DNA from: Lineus longissimus
Lineage: Eukaryota
Assembly (NCBI RefSeq): GCF_910592395.1
Contig: NC_088309.1
Coordinates: 22,833,923-22,897,922 of the forward strand
DNA length: 64,000 bases
Direction of reading: 5' to 3'
This document shows, piece by piece, positions 1 to 17,690 of the stretch (positions are counted from its first letter, which is position 1; every line of letters starts with the position of its first letter). Made by a program: the position numbers and the translations under genes. Under the pieces are notes generated by a model. That model ran no database searches. It was not told the origin of the DNA and was given only the letters and a program-made list of their open reading frames with translations.

Positions 1-100
1 TTGCAAATGATTTTGGCCTTGCTGTATGAGCGTTATCAGTGTAATCAGTACATTTGCACAAGGCATTGTAAGTAATGTATTTCTGTCCTGTCTGTTTTAG

Positions 101-1832
<1,732 letters not shown>

Positions 1833-3662
1833 GTGTGTTGGGCCTTGGAAATTACGATAAGACGATTCTCTCAGCCAAAGGAGGAGAAAATTGGATGAGT
1901 GCATCCTGAAACTCGCATATTACTGGATCAGTCCAGTGGCGGTGCTTGATTAGAGTACAATAAAATAATTGTCTTCCATTGGCCAATATCTATGTCCTAC
2001 ATCAAGCAGTCATGTGTGGAAGAGTTTTCGTGTAATGACTAGTTTTCACCAATACGTATCTGTAGACCCCCTTACGAGTGGCCATGTGATCAATTTTATT
2101 CATCTCATACAAATGTAGTTTTATTGTTCTTGTTCAGGAGCTGAAAAACATGAATGCCATAGCTTACATTGTGCTGATAAATTGTGATAGAAAATGGAAT
2201 AAATATACATGTACCATATTCTGGTATTTTGCTGAAAGATTCTATTGTATTGTTTTGTTCCTTGACTTACTCATATCTTCACACTAAACCAGTGATAGGA
2301 AAGAGTCTTAACAAAGGCTGCTGACAGGATTTCTATGGACTGGCCCATACCCCAATGTAATGAAGATGGACAATGTCTGTCAGCCACATGCATACCCCAA
2401 CATAAATGTATTTGATGTTCCTGGACTGAAGTGAATCATTTTTGGAGGGCAGATCCTTCATTGGACACCAGTCAGTGACAGCACACCATTCACTTTCGCC
2501 TTCCAAGGATTTGTCACTTTTGTCCTACATGTGCATCAACATGTACTCCTCAGCAAACAAGGTAAAGTCATTGGCCTACCAAAGACCTGACGTGATGACA
2601 CAGTCATCAATGCAATTTTGACCCTTTGGCTTGGTTGTGCTTTATACTTGGTCAGATGTCAACCTGGACCATTGCGTTTGATTGTGATATTGTCTGGCTG
2701 GAATACCTGAAGATTCGTACAGAAAGACAGCATGGCAACCTTCAGTAATCAAATGAGTGGAAGCTCATCGCGAAATCTTTAATTTCATCACAACCAAGAC
2801 CACTGATAATTGTACCAATTCAGGCACACTCGCCTGAGCCTATTCTTGTAAAATTGTGACATTGTCCCATTGATATAGCCTTCTTTTGTAGGATGACATG
2901 GGTAAGCCTCTCAAACGAAAAGAGTGGGAAGTCTCTTTGGCTGCACATTCACTGCTTTGTTGTCCCTATCCAGATCATCTACCAAAATGAGCTCGATACA
3001 TGTACCTCACAGCGTAGATGGCAATGAAGAAAGGAACACTGTATTTAACTGATAAAACATGTTTATTGACAAGCAACATGTAGGGTCATATTATTGGTAT
3101 CAATACTGAGACAAAAATATATTCAGCTATCATACTCCTTGCAAGGCATACGTGTATTCAGATTATTGGTTTCATACAGGGACCCTACAAGAAGTTTCAG
3201 TACCTGGTACAATCAGCAGTTGCTCAGGCTGAAGTGGCTTCTCAACGAAATCTTTACATGTAGACACAGAAAGATGACAAACGCAAATGCGTCATTGTTA
3301 CATGTACATTCACTGCTGAATAGACAGATTTAAACCTTAAGGTGTCTATGTCCCAAGCCCAAAACTAAGCATAAAACATCCCAACTCCTTAGTATTTTCA
3401 TTATCAACACCGTTGGTCAGACAATGGCAGAAACCTGCAGCCCAGGGTCTGATTCCACTACATGTAGCTGGATATGGCTGGCACCTCCGACACAAACAAT
3501 GGAACACACTGTAAGATGTCTTTTCCTGACAAGCACAGACTGAACTAAATGAACAGACTCAAGTTCGTCCACCTTGGACAATGCTCACTGGCTTAGAGAA
3601 TGTCTAGATAACCAGGAGAATAGATGTATCAATTTAAAGATATTTCCTTAGTTTTTTCAGCC

Positions 3663-3827
3663 TCATCTGTCCTCGGTTGTTTCATGTGACTCCTCAACAA
3701 CATACAGTTTTTCAGAAATTTTCAGGGACTTTGTGCTGTTTACATCCGCTGGTCGAATGGTATATTCATTTTCTTCCTCTTCCTCTTCTTCTTCGCTCTC
3801 TTCCTCCTCTTCCTCTCCTGAAATATA
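3663..3827 (-). CDS. PRKRIP1: PRKRIP1 exon 6 (poly-Glu tail, stop TGA)
   Basis: Acceptor tatttcag|GAG. A (GAR)n run encodes [20 protein letters not shown]...EDR*. Same frame as track ORF 3663-3881(-). Confidence 0.8.
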   Translation of the reverse strand, partial: YISGEEEEEESEEEEEEEENEYTIRPADVNSTKSLKISEKLYVVEESHETTEDR

Positions 3828-5726
3828 CCAAGTTCTATACATCACTTTCACAACTTTTGTTTTGTTTAGAACCGAAATCATTCTGATGTCTCAAGTAAGT
3901 TGTACAGCAGGGTAATCAATTCCCATATAACTTGTAAAAGGCTTGTTCACAAACATCCTTTAATTCTCAGCGAGGAAGTCCATTTTACTGAGATAAGGAG
4001 TAAATTTGGATGGTGTACTACGTAAGAGGAAACTTAAACAACAATCACTTACTAGAACATTCCCATACCAACCTTTATCCTTTTCTGTTGCCTTGGGTTT
4101 CTTTGACCTCTGCTTTTGCTTCTTTTTTTGTCTACAAGTTAAGAGATACGGTCACATTATGCGTACTTTTCACAAACATATACCGCACTCATGTTCAACA
4201 TCAGTTTCATGACTTCAGAGTCAACTCAAGCCAACTACTTCTTTCACCCAAACATCAATCTTTTTTTTCATCTGACAATAGAGACAAAGCTCAACATTTT
4301 ACAAAGCCTTATCATATGAAACATTCACACCTAGTTTTATAACAATTTGTCAATACCATTATCATTATAAAAATGAGGAACTGTTCATACCTTTTTGCTC
4401 TTTTCTTGGCTGTTCTTTCCTCTGCTGCTTTCTTATTCTGTTCAACTTTATCAACATACTCTTGATCCAATTTTTCCTAGAAACAAAAAAACCTTGAATA
4501 ATTTTGTAGCCACAATTCAACACTGCTCATCTAACAACTGAGTGGAATGCACATTTTGCTCCTACTCACTGTGGTTAATCAGTTTTTGATTTCAGTTTCA
4601 CAGGGTGTTTAAGACACGGTTTTAAGGCTTCACCTGCTGCATTCTGAAGACCACTAAATTTGGATTCTCACAATAACAAGTTTGGTCATCACCAATATGA
4701 AATGTGCAACTTCTGAACATTTCTATGGACCTACCCTTTCACTCTTTTCTGTATTGAATTTCTGCCTTGCATATTCCCTCCTCCTTATTCCTCTATAGAC
4801 ATGAAATTCACCACTTCCAGCACCGGCACTAGATCCTGCGAACAAATTGACCTTTTTAAATCTAGGTATTCAGTAACAACTTTAACATGATTTAAGCTTA
4901 CTATGCCACTTACAATGCATTAAAGTCAATCATTTTATCTACCCTGGACAGCGAGTCAGATCGCTTATGATGACAAAGATTGAAATCACTTCTTCAGTTG
5001 AATTGGCCCACTCTTCACAACGAGCAACCCCCAAAGATTTATGAAAAGTTAGTAGTTACACTGTACTCACCCCATACATTTCGGACAAATTCTGGAGGTG
5101 CTCTTGGTGCCTTTTCTTGGGGGCCATCAGGAATCACTACAGGTTTATCCTATAAAATTAAGTACATTGGGCCTATGACTTTATCAAACTATTTTGTCAA
5201 TCATAAACATTGCATGTTCAATATGAGATCCGACATGGTGTTTGGCAGATCCCTTTGCATTGTCATGTGAGTCATGAGAAGAGTGGCAAATGGAAACGAA
5301 GCAGGCAAAATGTATATCGTGGCGAATTGGGGGCGGGTTCAAAATTTGACATTAGAGTAGGTTAGTCGTCTACCAAAATTGGGAATCAACCACAATACTA
5401 AAATACCAAAAGCACAGAGTAAACAGGTACAGTACAGTGAGTGAGAGTTTTTTTATCAATTGCCTAGGTCTGTCCGGAAAAAGATACTAAATAATACGTC
5501 CGATTATTGTAATGTATGTGTGCAGCACAGAAAAGAAGCTACCTTAAACATTGATTACATCATAACTAACGCTACAGGCAATCAATTTCTTTTAAAATTG
5601 TCACACCAATGGACAAGAAAGCAAGTATCAACATACGGGTTTGTTCATTAATTTCTGAAGCTTGAGGCGCTGTATCTCAGCTGGAGTTTGGGGAACAATT
5701 ACAACTTTTTCTTCTTTGGCCGCCAT
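3663..5726 (-). CDS. PRKRIP1: PRKR-interacting protein 1 (PRKRIP1) ortholog, complete 6-exon CDS (5637-5726, 5071-5149, 4735-4835, 4391-4476, 4073-4131, 3663-3827)
   Basis: The spliced product is [164 protein letters not shown]...EDR*. The [27 protein letters not shown] block, the K-rich middle and the acidic C-terminal tail are diagnostic of the PRKRIP1 family. All junctions are canonical GT/AG with consistent phases. Confidence 0.85.
3775..3830 (-). repeat. PRKRIP1: coding (GAR)n repeat producing the poly-Glu tract of PRKRIP1
   Basis: On the + strand the sequence is tcctcttcctcttcttcttcgctctcttcctcctcttcctctcc. Confidence 0.8.
4073..4131 (-). CDS. PRKRIP1: PRKRIP1 exon 5 (Lys-rich)
   Basis: Acceptor cttgtag|A and donor AAAG|gttggt. 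Encodes [20 protein letters not shown]. Confidence 0.7.
4391..4476 (-). CDS. PRKRIP1: PRKRIP1 exon 4
   Basis: Acceptor tctag|GAAAAATTG and donor AAAAG|gtatga. Encodes [28 protein letters not shown]. Confidence 0.75.
4735..4835 (-). CDS. PRKRIP1: PRKRIP1 exon 3
   Basis: Acceptor ttgttcgcag|GA and donor AGG|gtaggt. Encodes [33 protein letters not shown]. Confidence 0.8.
5071..5149 (-). CDS. PRKRIP1: PRKRIP1 exon 2
   Basis: Acceptor ag|GATAAACCT and donor TGGG|gtgagt. Encodes [26 protein letters not shown]. Confidence 0.8.
5637..5726 (-). CDS. PRKRIP1: PRKRIP1 exon 1 (ATG at 5726-5724)
   Basis: Encodes [30 protein letters not shown], then donor CCC|gtatgt. Confidence 0.75.
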
Positions 5727-6030
5727 GATGGATCACGTTGAAATGAGAGTAATTGACGTCTAATTAAACAGTTAACGAATTATGATTTTACCACAGATAT
5801 GGTAGATATACTAATATCAAGTGTATCATTCATCAAATGTAATAAATAAAATCTAAATAACAATTCAGGCCGAATTTTCAGCGCCCCCTATCCGCAGATA
5901 AGATATAAACAAACTCCCCCAACAAAGAAGACATCTCAACAAAAAACAGGTGTTCAAAAGCATCCAGCCTTGAAAATCGCCTATGATTTTTCGCTGAGCT
6001 GACTTATTGTGTCAGAGAAATAGAAGGTAT
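5727..6030. promoter_or_regulatory. putative bidirectional promoter interval between the divergent PRKRIP1 (-) and HVCN1 (+) genes; a possible HVCN1 5'UTR exon ends at a donor near 6026
   Basis: The PRKRIP1 ATG is at 5726 on the minus strand. The HVCN1 ATG at 6439 sits directly after an acceptor (ctttcag|c ATG), which implies an upstream non-coding exon. A donor-like AGAAG|gtatgc lies at ~6026. No TATA box was identified. Confidence 0.3.
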
Positions 6031-6438
6031 GCCATGAATAATCCCATCACCCTGTCAGTGTCTTTATGATTTTGGATTTTGTGAGAGTGTTCATCTTCTT
6101 TAGTTTTTTTCTCATCACTGACACTGGTCATCCTCCAATCCATGGGCATGGCATTGTCATGATGTCCTCGGTGATCAAGTGATCTCGCCAATCAATGAGT
6201 GTCAGTGTCAGTCTTCGGTCACGTCAGTCAGTGATTAACATACTGATGGAAGTGATGGTGGCATGTCATGATGACTAGATCATGAGTCCTGCACTTGGTC
6301 GTGAGCAGCAACATAAAGTACCGGATGTTCTCTCTTCAATTCTAAGTTTAATAGTCATGAGTGACAGCATGCATGATTCACCTTCACAGTGATCCTGTCT
6401 GCATGGTTCTCATTTTGATTTTCACTCTGTCTTTCAGC

Positions 6439-6955
6439 ATGGATGGGTTCAAGAACTTCAAGAAGCTGGACGATGATCTGCAGCGGGTCATCGAGAAGGA
6501 GGAAACCAGCAGCTCCATGACAAGCGAATCAGATGAAACAAAACACGCCATGATGGACCATCGTCAACATCTAAAGCATCTGCTTCATACAAACAAATTT
6601 CAGATATCTGTTGTGATTCTGGTGATCTTGGACTGCATCATCGTGATCGCAGAATTACTCATAGATTTGAAGGTGTTTGAGACTGGAGGTGAGGAGAGCA
6701 TCCATGAAAGTCTCGCACCGCACATTCTCCATTACATCAGTATTGCCATTTTGAGTATCTTCCTTGTGGAACTTGGCATAAAAATATATGCGTTTAGACT
6801 GGAGTTCTTTAAAAGTAAAATGGAAGTGTTTGACGGAATCGTGGTTGTGTTGTCTTTTGCTTTGGATATTGCATTTGCAAATGAGGAAGGGATCATTTCA
6901 GGACTTGGACTTTTTATTGTGCTGCGTTTGTGGAGAGTGACACGAATACTGAATG
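6439..6955 (+). CDS. HVCN1: HVCN1 coding exon 1 (ATG to S4)
   Basis: In frame with track ORF 6361-7011. The ATG at 6439 follows an AG acceptor, so upstream M codons in the track ORF are probably intronic. Confidence 0.85.
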
Positions 6956-7555
6956 GTAAGTGGATGATGCTGATTGTAACTTCCTGGTACCACACACTTC
7001 GGAGTACTTGAATATGTTGAATGGAAAAATTGCATATCATAATTAGCATGTTAACTGGTTCACCCTCTTTTCTCGACAAGGATGATTCTGGTTACAATGT
7101 AGTTCATTAGAAGAGTCTATTCATGATAGTCAAGGGTGTAAAGGTTGAGATAAACATCCCACCCAAAACCTCATTTGATTTTCCAGAGTGTAAATTTCTT
7201 CTGTTACAGTTTGAGAATAGCTCGGGTAGTTTGAAAGTCATTCAGTGCTCTATTTCTTGTTCTTACCCTCTGTTTTCTCCTTTCAGGCATTGTAATATCA
7301 GTAAAGGTGCAAGCAGAGAAAAAACTGGCTCGTGAACGCTGTTCAAGGCAAGCGGTTGAACAGGAGTTGTCCAAGTTTAGGGAGTATTGTTCAGCACAGG
7401 AGAGAGAAATTGAGATTTTGCAAGGTCTTCTAAAAAAACATGGCATCGAGTTTCAAAAAATGGAAAAGCCAGTTGTGATCAACAAAATTGATGTGGTGGC
7501 AGAAGTCAATGAGTTTATTGAAAAAACAAACAATGAAAACTTTAGTAGTGCTTGA
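6439..7555 (+). CDS. HVCN1: voltage-gated proton channel Hv1 (HVCN1) ortholog, 2 coding exons (6439-6955, 7287-7555)
   Basis: Product is MDGFKNFKKLDDDLQRVIEKEE...HLKHLLHTNKFQISVVILVILDCIIVIAELLIDLK (S1)...ILHYISIAILSIFLVELGIKIYAFRLEFFKSKMEVFDGIVVVLSFALDIAF (S2-S3)...GLGLFIVLRLWRVTRILNG|IVISVKVQAEKKLARERCSRQAVEQELSKFREYCSAQEREIEILQGLLKKHGIEFQ...*. The S4 motif RLWRVxRIxNG with three Arg and the C-terminal coiled coil are diagnostic of Hv1. Donor AATG|gtaagt at 6956 and acceptor tttctcctttcag|GC at 7286, phase 1. Confidence 0.88.
7287..7555 (+). CDS. HVCN1: HVCN1 terminal coding exon (coiled-coil, stop TGA)
   Basis: In frame with track ORF 7307-7555. The split Gly codon G|GC joins S4 to IVISVK. 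Confidence 0.85.
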
Positions 7556-10500
7556 GTTATCTTCTCGATGACATAAGACAATGAACAATTTTTGAATCAA
7601 CTTCAGAAAAATCATGGATGCATTTTTTATGGAAATTTGTGCTTTTATTCTGCCAATTTTGATGAAAATTGTATATCAACATACATGTGGTTTCTGTTAA
7701 ATGCTCAGAATGATATGATTGTCAGTGTTTCAAAAATGCTGATGGTATCTTAGTCTGAAGGTTGCGTCAACCTCAAAACATACCATGGACCCTTCGAAAT
7801 ACACTCAATTTTATCGAGGACATGATGGAAAGAGATTGCTTACATGTAGGCTAACGTTATTACTAATGTATTTTTTTGAAGAGTTTCATTGCAAAACACG
7901 ATCCATCCAATTTTGCTTTTTGAGAGAAATTTCTTCAAGTTAGAAATTTTAAATTGAAAATGCATTGGACTTAAGTAATCCTTATTCTGTTGGCCTGATT
8001 GCTCTGAAATAAGGAAGACAGTGAAAAAACTAAATAATATGTACTGGTATGGTTAATTTTGTGATTAATGTTTTCATTTATATAAAGTTGTTGCCATACA
8101 TGTCTACACACTTCTGATGCAAATTCTTATAAAGAGTTTGAAATCAGTGAAGCATTGTGGTCTATAGTTCATTTATAACAGCGCTCATTATTTTAGGCAG
8201 ATCAACCAAAAAAGTTTTGTGCTAAGCTTGATATATTTGATACGTTTTTGTTCAAAAGCTCCACATGCGCACAGGTTTACCTTTGTCACTCCTGTATTGG
8301 TAGTGCTATTCAATAATACATGTATTACTATATGTATTGTAAAGTTGTAGATAATTTTTGTAAACAATTATTACAATACGACTGATAAGTAGATTGTCAA
8401 TGTACAATGTACTTTGTTAATTCTGTTCTGGTCAGTTCAGGATGTTGACACTGATTCCTGATAACTGTCTTCAATTTAGGACGACTTTGTTATCAATGGA
8501 GGACAGGTTTGTTATCAGAAGTCCGAAATCCTTAACTACATGACAAGAATAGCTTTAACTAAATTGGTTCATAGACAACCATCATTTCTAATGTGTTCTT
8601 GATAAAAAATCCTTGTGAATAAATACTCCCATATGATAGGGGTCTTGAGAATTGAAGGGGGGGGGATTGTGAGGAATTCCTAGACAGGTACATGTATTCA
8701 TGTAAATAGAGGGGTTTATATAAAATTTGGTAACATCTTCATTGGCTTTTGCTGCGATGTTTGACTTCGAGGTATGGAATTAGTGATCCTTGATGTTATT
8801 CAGCAAATTACAGGGATTACCTCCAACCAAGTATTAGAACATCATTTAGTTAGATTTACTAAATAGTATTCAATCAAACTATATGCTCAAAACTTTATAA
8901 GTATTCTCCATATTCAATGTTGTTATTTGATGAACCAGCCAAAGTTATAGAACCTTTTGAAATTGTGTCACTGATTACTGCATTGGATTTGCAGAGTAAC
9001 CAATTTTTGACGAATTCACAAGCTAAGACGAAAGGTGTTAAAGGCCTTATTTCACTTGTGTCCCCAAAGGGTATTTGGTAATTCAAACAGTGCTGCGGTG
9101 ATCACAGCAGGGAAGTGCTTCAGTGGAATGAGACCTTGAAAATATTGGTTTTTCATTCCTTGCACATTTTCAATTGGGGTATATCAGGAGGAAATTATTC
9201 CATCCCCGAATCTCAAATTTTTTTGTTTCATAAGGAGATCTTAACACCCTCTTGAATAATTTGAAGTTTTATGAAAAAAAATTTACAGTGACATAAGGTG
9301 GAAAAAATTAAAATGGTAGTGTAAATATTCAAATATGGTGCATATGGTGTTGTTGATGTCGATGGAGGGGAATATCAAATTCTTAAAATGCTTGGGCATT
9401 TTTTACCAAGATAAAAGTAATTTGTACAGATTACCATTTATATTGTAAAAATAAATTTTGCATAAATTTTACGCAACCTACTGCTTCCTGTTGCTCTATT
9501 CCTTTGTCTGCAGAATCAAAAGCAAAGAAGGTGCTGAAAGAATTTCTGTATATTCCTTCTGAACACCTGTTGTGTGTATAGCATTTGATCAATTGATTGG
9601 GTTGATGGAATGATCAGGGACGATTGATTGATCTTCAAGTGCCTGTGGTGGTCAACCACATACCTCACCTTTACATAACTTGCCAGGTACTGCCGTTTTT
9701 ACATGTACATGTACATGGATATGGTGTGTATGGATCGTGTTATTCCCGCTTGAGCTATTTTGGCCAACAGCTTGTACGTACATGCTGTAGGGACCTTTCT
9801 CACCATCTGGCTGAAATAGAGCCCCGGGGTTGTTGAATTTTGATGTTCAGGACCATCATCAAGTTGTTAGCTGTATCAGATATGGTCTGAAGAACATGCA
9901 AGGTAGTTTCATCAGGTTGTCCTCCCAATCAAGGAATATTGTTACGACGAGGGAAGTCAAGACGGTAACCCTCCATAATTGAGCAGGCTAGCAGTCCTTG
10001 ACAAACATTCATTCGAAGAGAGCATGTTGGTACATCGCCGATAGAGACGGACTTTCATACCACTTATTCCGATTGGTCTTCAATCAAAGCACTTACAGTA
10101 ACTCATTATCCCAGCTCAAGTCAGGACACCCACCATTTTAAAGAGTTGCCGTTCTGTTCACTCCTGTCATGTCTTGCCTGTTATGCAGCCTAATGTTACT
10201 CCAAGATACAGGGTTGTTGATGTACTGGATACATGTACCCAGTCACATTTCATCAGGATTCAGGATGAGCAGTGGATTAAAAGCCCCCATTAGGATTGAC
10301 AAGGCCTTCTCTAAACGCAGTGGTGGGACAGATACACCCTTTCCCCTCTTATACCCCATGGAAACCCATTGTGTGCTCTGACAAAACAAGACGAAAGACA
10401 TTTTTAATACTGAAAATAGATTTATTTGATTCACAAGATTGAGTGGACAGCATGGAGTATTCATGTGGATGATTTTGAAAAATTGTACTTTAGAAAAAAC

Positions 10501-11377
10501 AATGTACAAAAACATGTACATACTGTTCACAAGAGCAAATCGCTGGCACTACTTACATGTATGGCAGTTTAATCAGGCTTTGACTAATATAATAGCAATG
10601 CTGCAATGAGTAATGATGGCTAGGTTGAACAATATTTTGATATGTGAAAGTATTAAGCAAAGGACTAGTAATCTAGAAGATGTCATGAAGTAAAGGTTTT
10701 TAAAGGGAGACAATAGATAGAATTCAAGTGGGCCAGATTTACTAAACCAAGCAGTTGATAGCTGTCTCTCCTATCGCATTGTCCCTTGTGCGAGGAGGAT
10801 TTCTAATCACAACCGGGTAGTTTAACCAAATAGCACCAACAGAACCTTGTACCTCCTGCCTCAAAAATCCCCTTAAAGTTATGACACAGTGCCTGGCATG
10901 CCAGATGATATACAAGCATTGTCAAATCCAAGCTACATGTACATGTAGTACAATTATTACAAACAAACAAAAAAGCATTATGAAAGCTAGTGTTTCATCA
11001 CCATCAAGGATAGCTCTAATCTATTGTTGTTACTAACCATGGACCTACTAACACTCTACGTCTATGATTTCAATAATAATTTGTCACTCCCATCATGAAT
11101 ATTATCAAGAAACAGAAAGACTAATGGAATGTAGAAATATCATGTCAGTGTGTGAAATTATTGTGCAAGTGCAAAAGAATATCCTGATGAAAAATTTAAA
11201 AATTGTGAGACTGGGTAATTCAGACTAAATCGGTTTAACATGTTTAACACAGAATTATACAATATCCCATTTGCAATAAAATTTCACAAGTATTTCATGA
11301 TAACATTGAGCTAACACCTATTAAACTTGACAAACCAAAGATATCAAGTTTCAACATTTTTACAGCAAATCTTTACT

Positions 11378-14409
<3,032 letters not shown>

Positions 14410-14620
14410 TGTAACGTGCAGATTCGTATTTTCGAGCAATTAAGTGGAGAAAAGGATGACTTTTAGTAGTTTTTCAAGGATAAAACTGTTTGACTTTTGG
14501 ACCTGGCAACCATGTTGTCAAACTCGTGCTCGGCTACTCATACCAGTACCAAACGCCACCTATGACCAGCAAATACAACCAGCTTTGTTAAGGGACCATC
14601 TCATCATCACTAATGTCTGC

Positions 14621-14646
14621 GTGTGTGTGTGTGTGTGTGTGTGGGG
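14621..14646. repeat. (GT)n microsatellite followed by a G6 run, directly abutting MITE copy A
   Basis: The sequence is gcgtgtgtgtgtgtgtgtgtgtgtgggggg. Confidence 0.9.
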
Positions 14647-14654
14647 GGATCTTG

Positions 14655-14841
14655 TACAGTAGAACCTCTCTATTAAGGACACCCATGGGACTGACAAGTT
14701 CTGTCCTTAGTAGGTGTCTTTAATAGACAGGTGTCCTGATTAGAGGTCAAATTGAATGGAAACAACCAATTTGGGACCAAACAAGTGTCCTTAATAGAGA
14801 GGTTTTCCTTAATAGAGGGGTGTCCGCTAAGTTCCACTGTA
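14655..14841. mobile_element. MITE copy A (Tc1/mariner-like TIRs TACAGTAGAACCTCTCTATTAAGGACAC, TA-flanked)
   Basis: 187 bp. The 5' end tacagtagaacctctctattaaggacaccc is matched at the 3' end by ...cactgta. There is an internal subterminal inverted copy (gtgtccttaatagagagg). The same family recurs at 16260, 17527, 18074 and 44935. Confidence 0.75.
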
Positions 14842-15339
14842 TTTAGTAAGAGATTTCTAAAATAACCAGCCATTCATACATACGACCCTGCTGGTTTAGC
14901 CCACAGACTCATGCCGGAGGTATTCCACACCCGAGCCCACAGTTCCGAAAGATTAGCGAAAAGATACCCCGACAGTGACTAACCAGGGTTTATCAGGTCA
15001 CTCTGAATGAATGGAATTGAGGAATTGATGAGATGTTATACCCTTAATGAATGCTGGAAAGGAGGGCGACCTTCTCATAGAGACCTATGACATTCAATAT
15101 GTCAGAGATTAAGGGCAAAATTATCCAGCTATCGGCTGCCCAGTCACCTCCTATTCTACATAAGTAGTTCCCATCAACAAATTGCACCAAAAAAAGTAAA
15201 AATTTAAAATCTGACTGAATTATCGCGATTTTCCGACGTTGACTCCGATAGCTCTCCACGCATCGACTCTTTCCAAGGTTTCTAGAGGTCTTAGGTCTTT
15301 AAAAAGGTCTTTGGTTTCTAGATACCCCATGGAACGATG

Positions 15340-15520
15340 CACTAATATAAACTAGGAACTACCCTGATGGCGTTTGATGACCCCGCAACAGCGACGCCGA
15401 TAAATGGAAATGACGTTGCGTCTTAATAGCGGGGTGATGCGAAATGAGATCTCGGCGCGCACTCACGTGGCGGGAAAGGTCTTCGCGCCAGGACTTGCGC
15501 GAACTGAAAATAACGAATAA
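15340..15520. promoter_or_regulatory. CpG-rich island about 1 kb upstream of the TM6SF start codon (candidate promoter / 5' exon)
   Basis: A local cluster of CG dinucleotides (gcgacgccg, cggcgcgcactcacgtggcggg, cgcgccaggacttgcgcgaactg) sits in an otherwise CpG-depleted region, positioned 5' of the minus-strand gene. Confidence 0.3.
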
Positions 15521-16259
15521 CGCGTTTTTCTACTGTCTAAGAGCTGAAACAAAATTGGAAAAGTATCAGACACGTTCAGAAAAATAGTTTCCTGATAAAC
15601 CAACAGAAGAACAAACACACTACAATAATAATGGCAGAGAGCGGAACGAGATATTAAAAATCAGCAAAGTTTAGCTAAATCATAGTAATTTGTCATCGCT
15701 TCTTTGTGTAAACTTCAATAATGATCTCCCTAGTATAGCCTGTTTGAGACCGCGCTGACTTTGTTGGCCCGTCGCTATCTGGCCACGTGTTGGCATGGCG
15801 CGTAGCATCTAAAACGCTCCGGACGCAGTAGACCGGCTTCGTCCCTCAATACATGTATAAGGATATCCAATTAGGATGACGCAATGGACTGCCCAGGGAG
15901 TCTAATCGCATCGGGATCCCGTGACAAATGGGATGTTTTATGCGGGTTTTGCAGTTTAGGATCCAATAAGCCTCATTAAAGACGGAAGAAAGGTAGCAAA
16001 GTATGAGTATCTACATGAATTTCTATATATTGAAGGGGTGGTGATACAATCCGATAGGTTGACCTACTGCTTGTATTGCAGTGCTAAAGTGGTACATGTT
16101 TATATAAAGTATCGCCTTGGTCACATAGGTTGGTTACTCTAAGGTCTCGCATACACAGCACATCGGCATAACCTACCTGTAGTGCATATCAATGTATCTT
16201 CAATACAGAGATAGAGAGATGAAGGCCTAAGCCTGGTAGTCCTGGCATGCACAATCAAT

Positions 16260-16457
16260 TACTGTAGAACCTCTCTATTAAGGACACCCTTGGGACTGAC
16301 AAGTGCTGTCCTTAATGGAGAGGTGTCCTGATTAGAGTCAAATTGAATGGCAACAACCACTTTGGGAACAAAAACTAGTGTCCTTATTAGAGAGGTTGTC
16401 CTTAATAGAGAGGTTGTCCTTAATAGAGAGGTGTACGTTAATGGAGGTTCCACTGTA
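16260..16457. mobile_element. MITE copy B (same family; internal 21-bp triplication GTCCTTAATAGAGAGGTT)
   Basis: Runs from tactgtagaacctctctattaaggacaccc to ggttccactgta. Confidence 0.75.
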
Positions 16458-17526
16458 TCTATTAGAAAAAGCTTAGAGTGAAGTGATGATGAGGCTTTTT
16501 TCTGGTCAAAATATACATGATTTGGCCATTACAGGAGATTGCAGGTCAGTTACTGGGTAGTGATGACATGATGTGGCATTGAAAAAGTGTAATTATATGT
16601 GGCTTCCCTAACAAGTTTTTAATGTGTTTTTCTATCAATCTAGGTGAAGATGAACCAGTGGAAAGATTATATGCGCAGTCAATGACACAGAAAATGCTGA
16701 ACTATGAATGGTCACACACCCAGCAACCAAACAGGTAACCAAAACACTTTGCAGCTCTTGTCTGGAGCTAGCTGGTGTGATCAATATTAAACACTATTGT
16801 AATGATTACTGCCCATGCAGTAATGAGCTGTGCTCCTGCAAAAGCAGTATATTGATAGCATGGTGTAAGTTTGAGCGCTGTTGCCCATTATTCCACACTG
16901 ATGAGTGTTCAGTGTACACACTTGGAAATTTAGAGTCAAGTCCCAAGTTACACTTAATGAAAAATCAAAACATCGATGCTTTCAGCAAGTACTGAGATAA
17001 TTTGCAGCCCAGCACTAACAAAGATTATTGCATTCCTGTTTTAAGAGCAGTTATCTTCGAGGATATTTAAAGAAATTTAATGTATGCAAATGTTAGGGCA
17101 AGTCTTACATAATGTTTGCTGTGTGATTTCTTTATTGTTCTCATTTCTTGCCATCAGAGCATTTCATTCCCAATCATCTAATTTTGCTGAATGTGGCTTG
17201 TCCATCATCACCTGCTGGGGTTATGCTTAGCTTGTAGCTTATTCAATTCACAGAGACTGCCTCAGAAATACAATTCCTACTCCAAATAATGGACTGCAAG
17301 TCAAGTTAATTGATATTGAACGATTTTCTGAATAGAGAGGTTGATGCAGAATCGCTGTATGAATTGACGGTATTGACCAAAATGTAAATGGGAAATTGAA
17401 TTACCTGGTAACTTTGATTTGCTGCATAAAAAAAGGGAATGATTATCTCCGAGTTGAATGTACAACTTGCAAATGACTTGGAGTCTATGTAATGGTAATA
17501 TCAGTTCTGGCAATTTTGGGTCTATA

Positions 17527-17690
17527 TACAGTAGAACCTCTCTATTAAGGACACGATCGGGACTGACAAGTACTGTCCTTAATAGAGAGGTGTCCTGATT
17601 AGAAAGGGCAATTTGAATGGAAACAACCAATTTAGGACCAAAAGTAGTGTCCATAATAGAGAGGTGTCCGCTAAGGGAGGTTCCACTGTA
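17527..17690. mobile_element. MITE copy C
   Basis: Runs from tacagtagaacctctctattaaggacacg to gaggttccactgta and is flanked by TA. Confidence 0.75.

Noticed and set aside
6361-6438. N-terminal extension of the HVCN1 ORF (MTACMIHLHSDPVCMVLILIFTLSFS) in the track ORF 6361-7011
   Set aside because: It ends in a polypyrimidine/AG acceptor (ctttcag) directly before ATGGATGGG, and has no homology to Hv1. It is interpreted as intron plus 3' splice site, not coding sequence.
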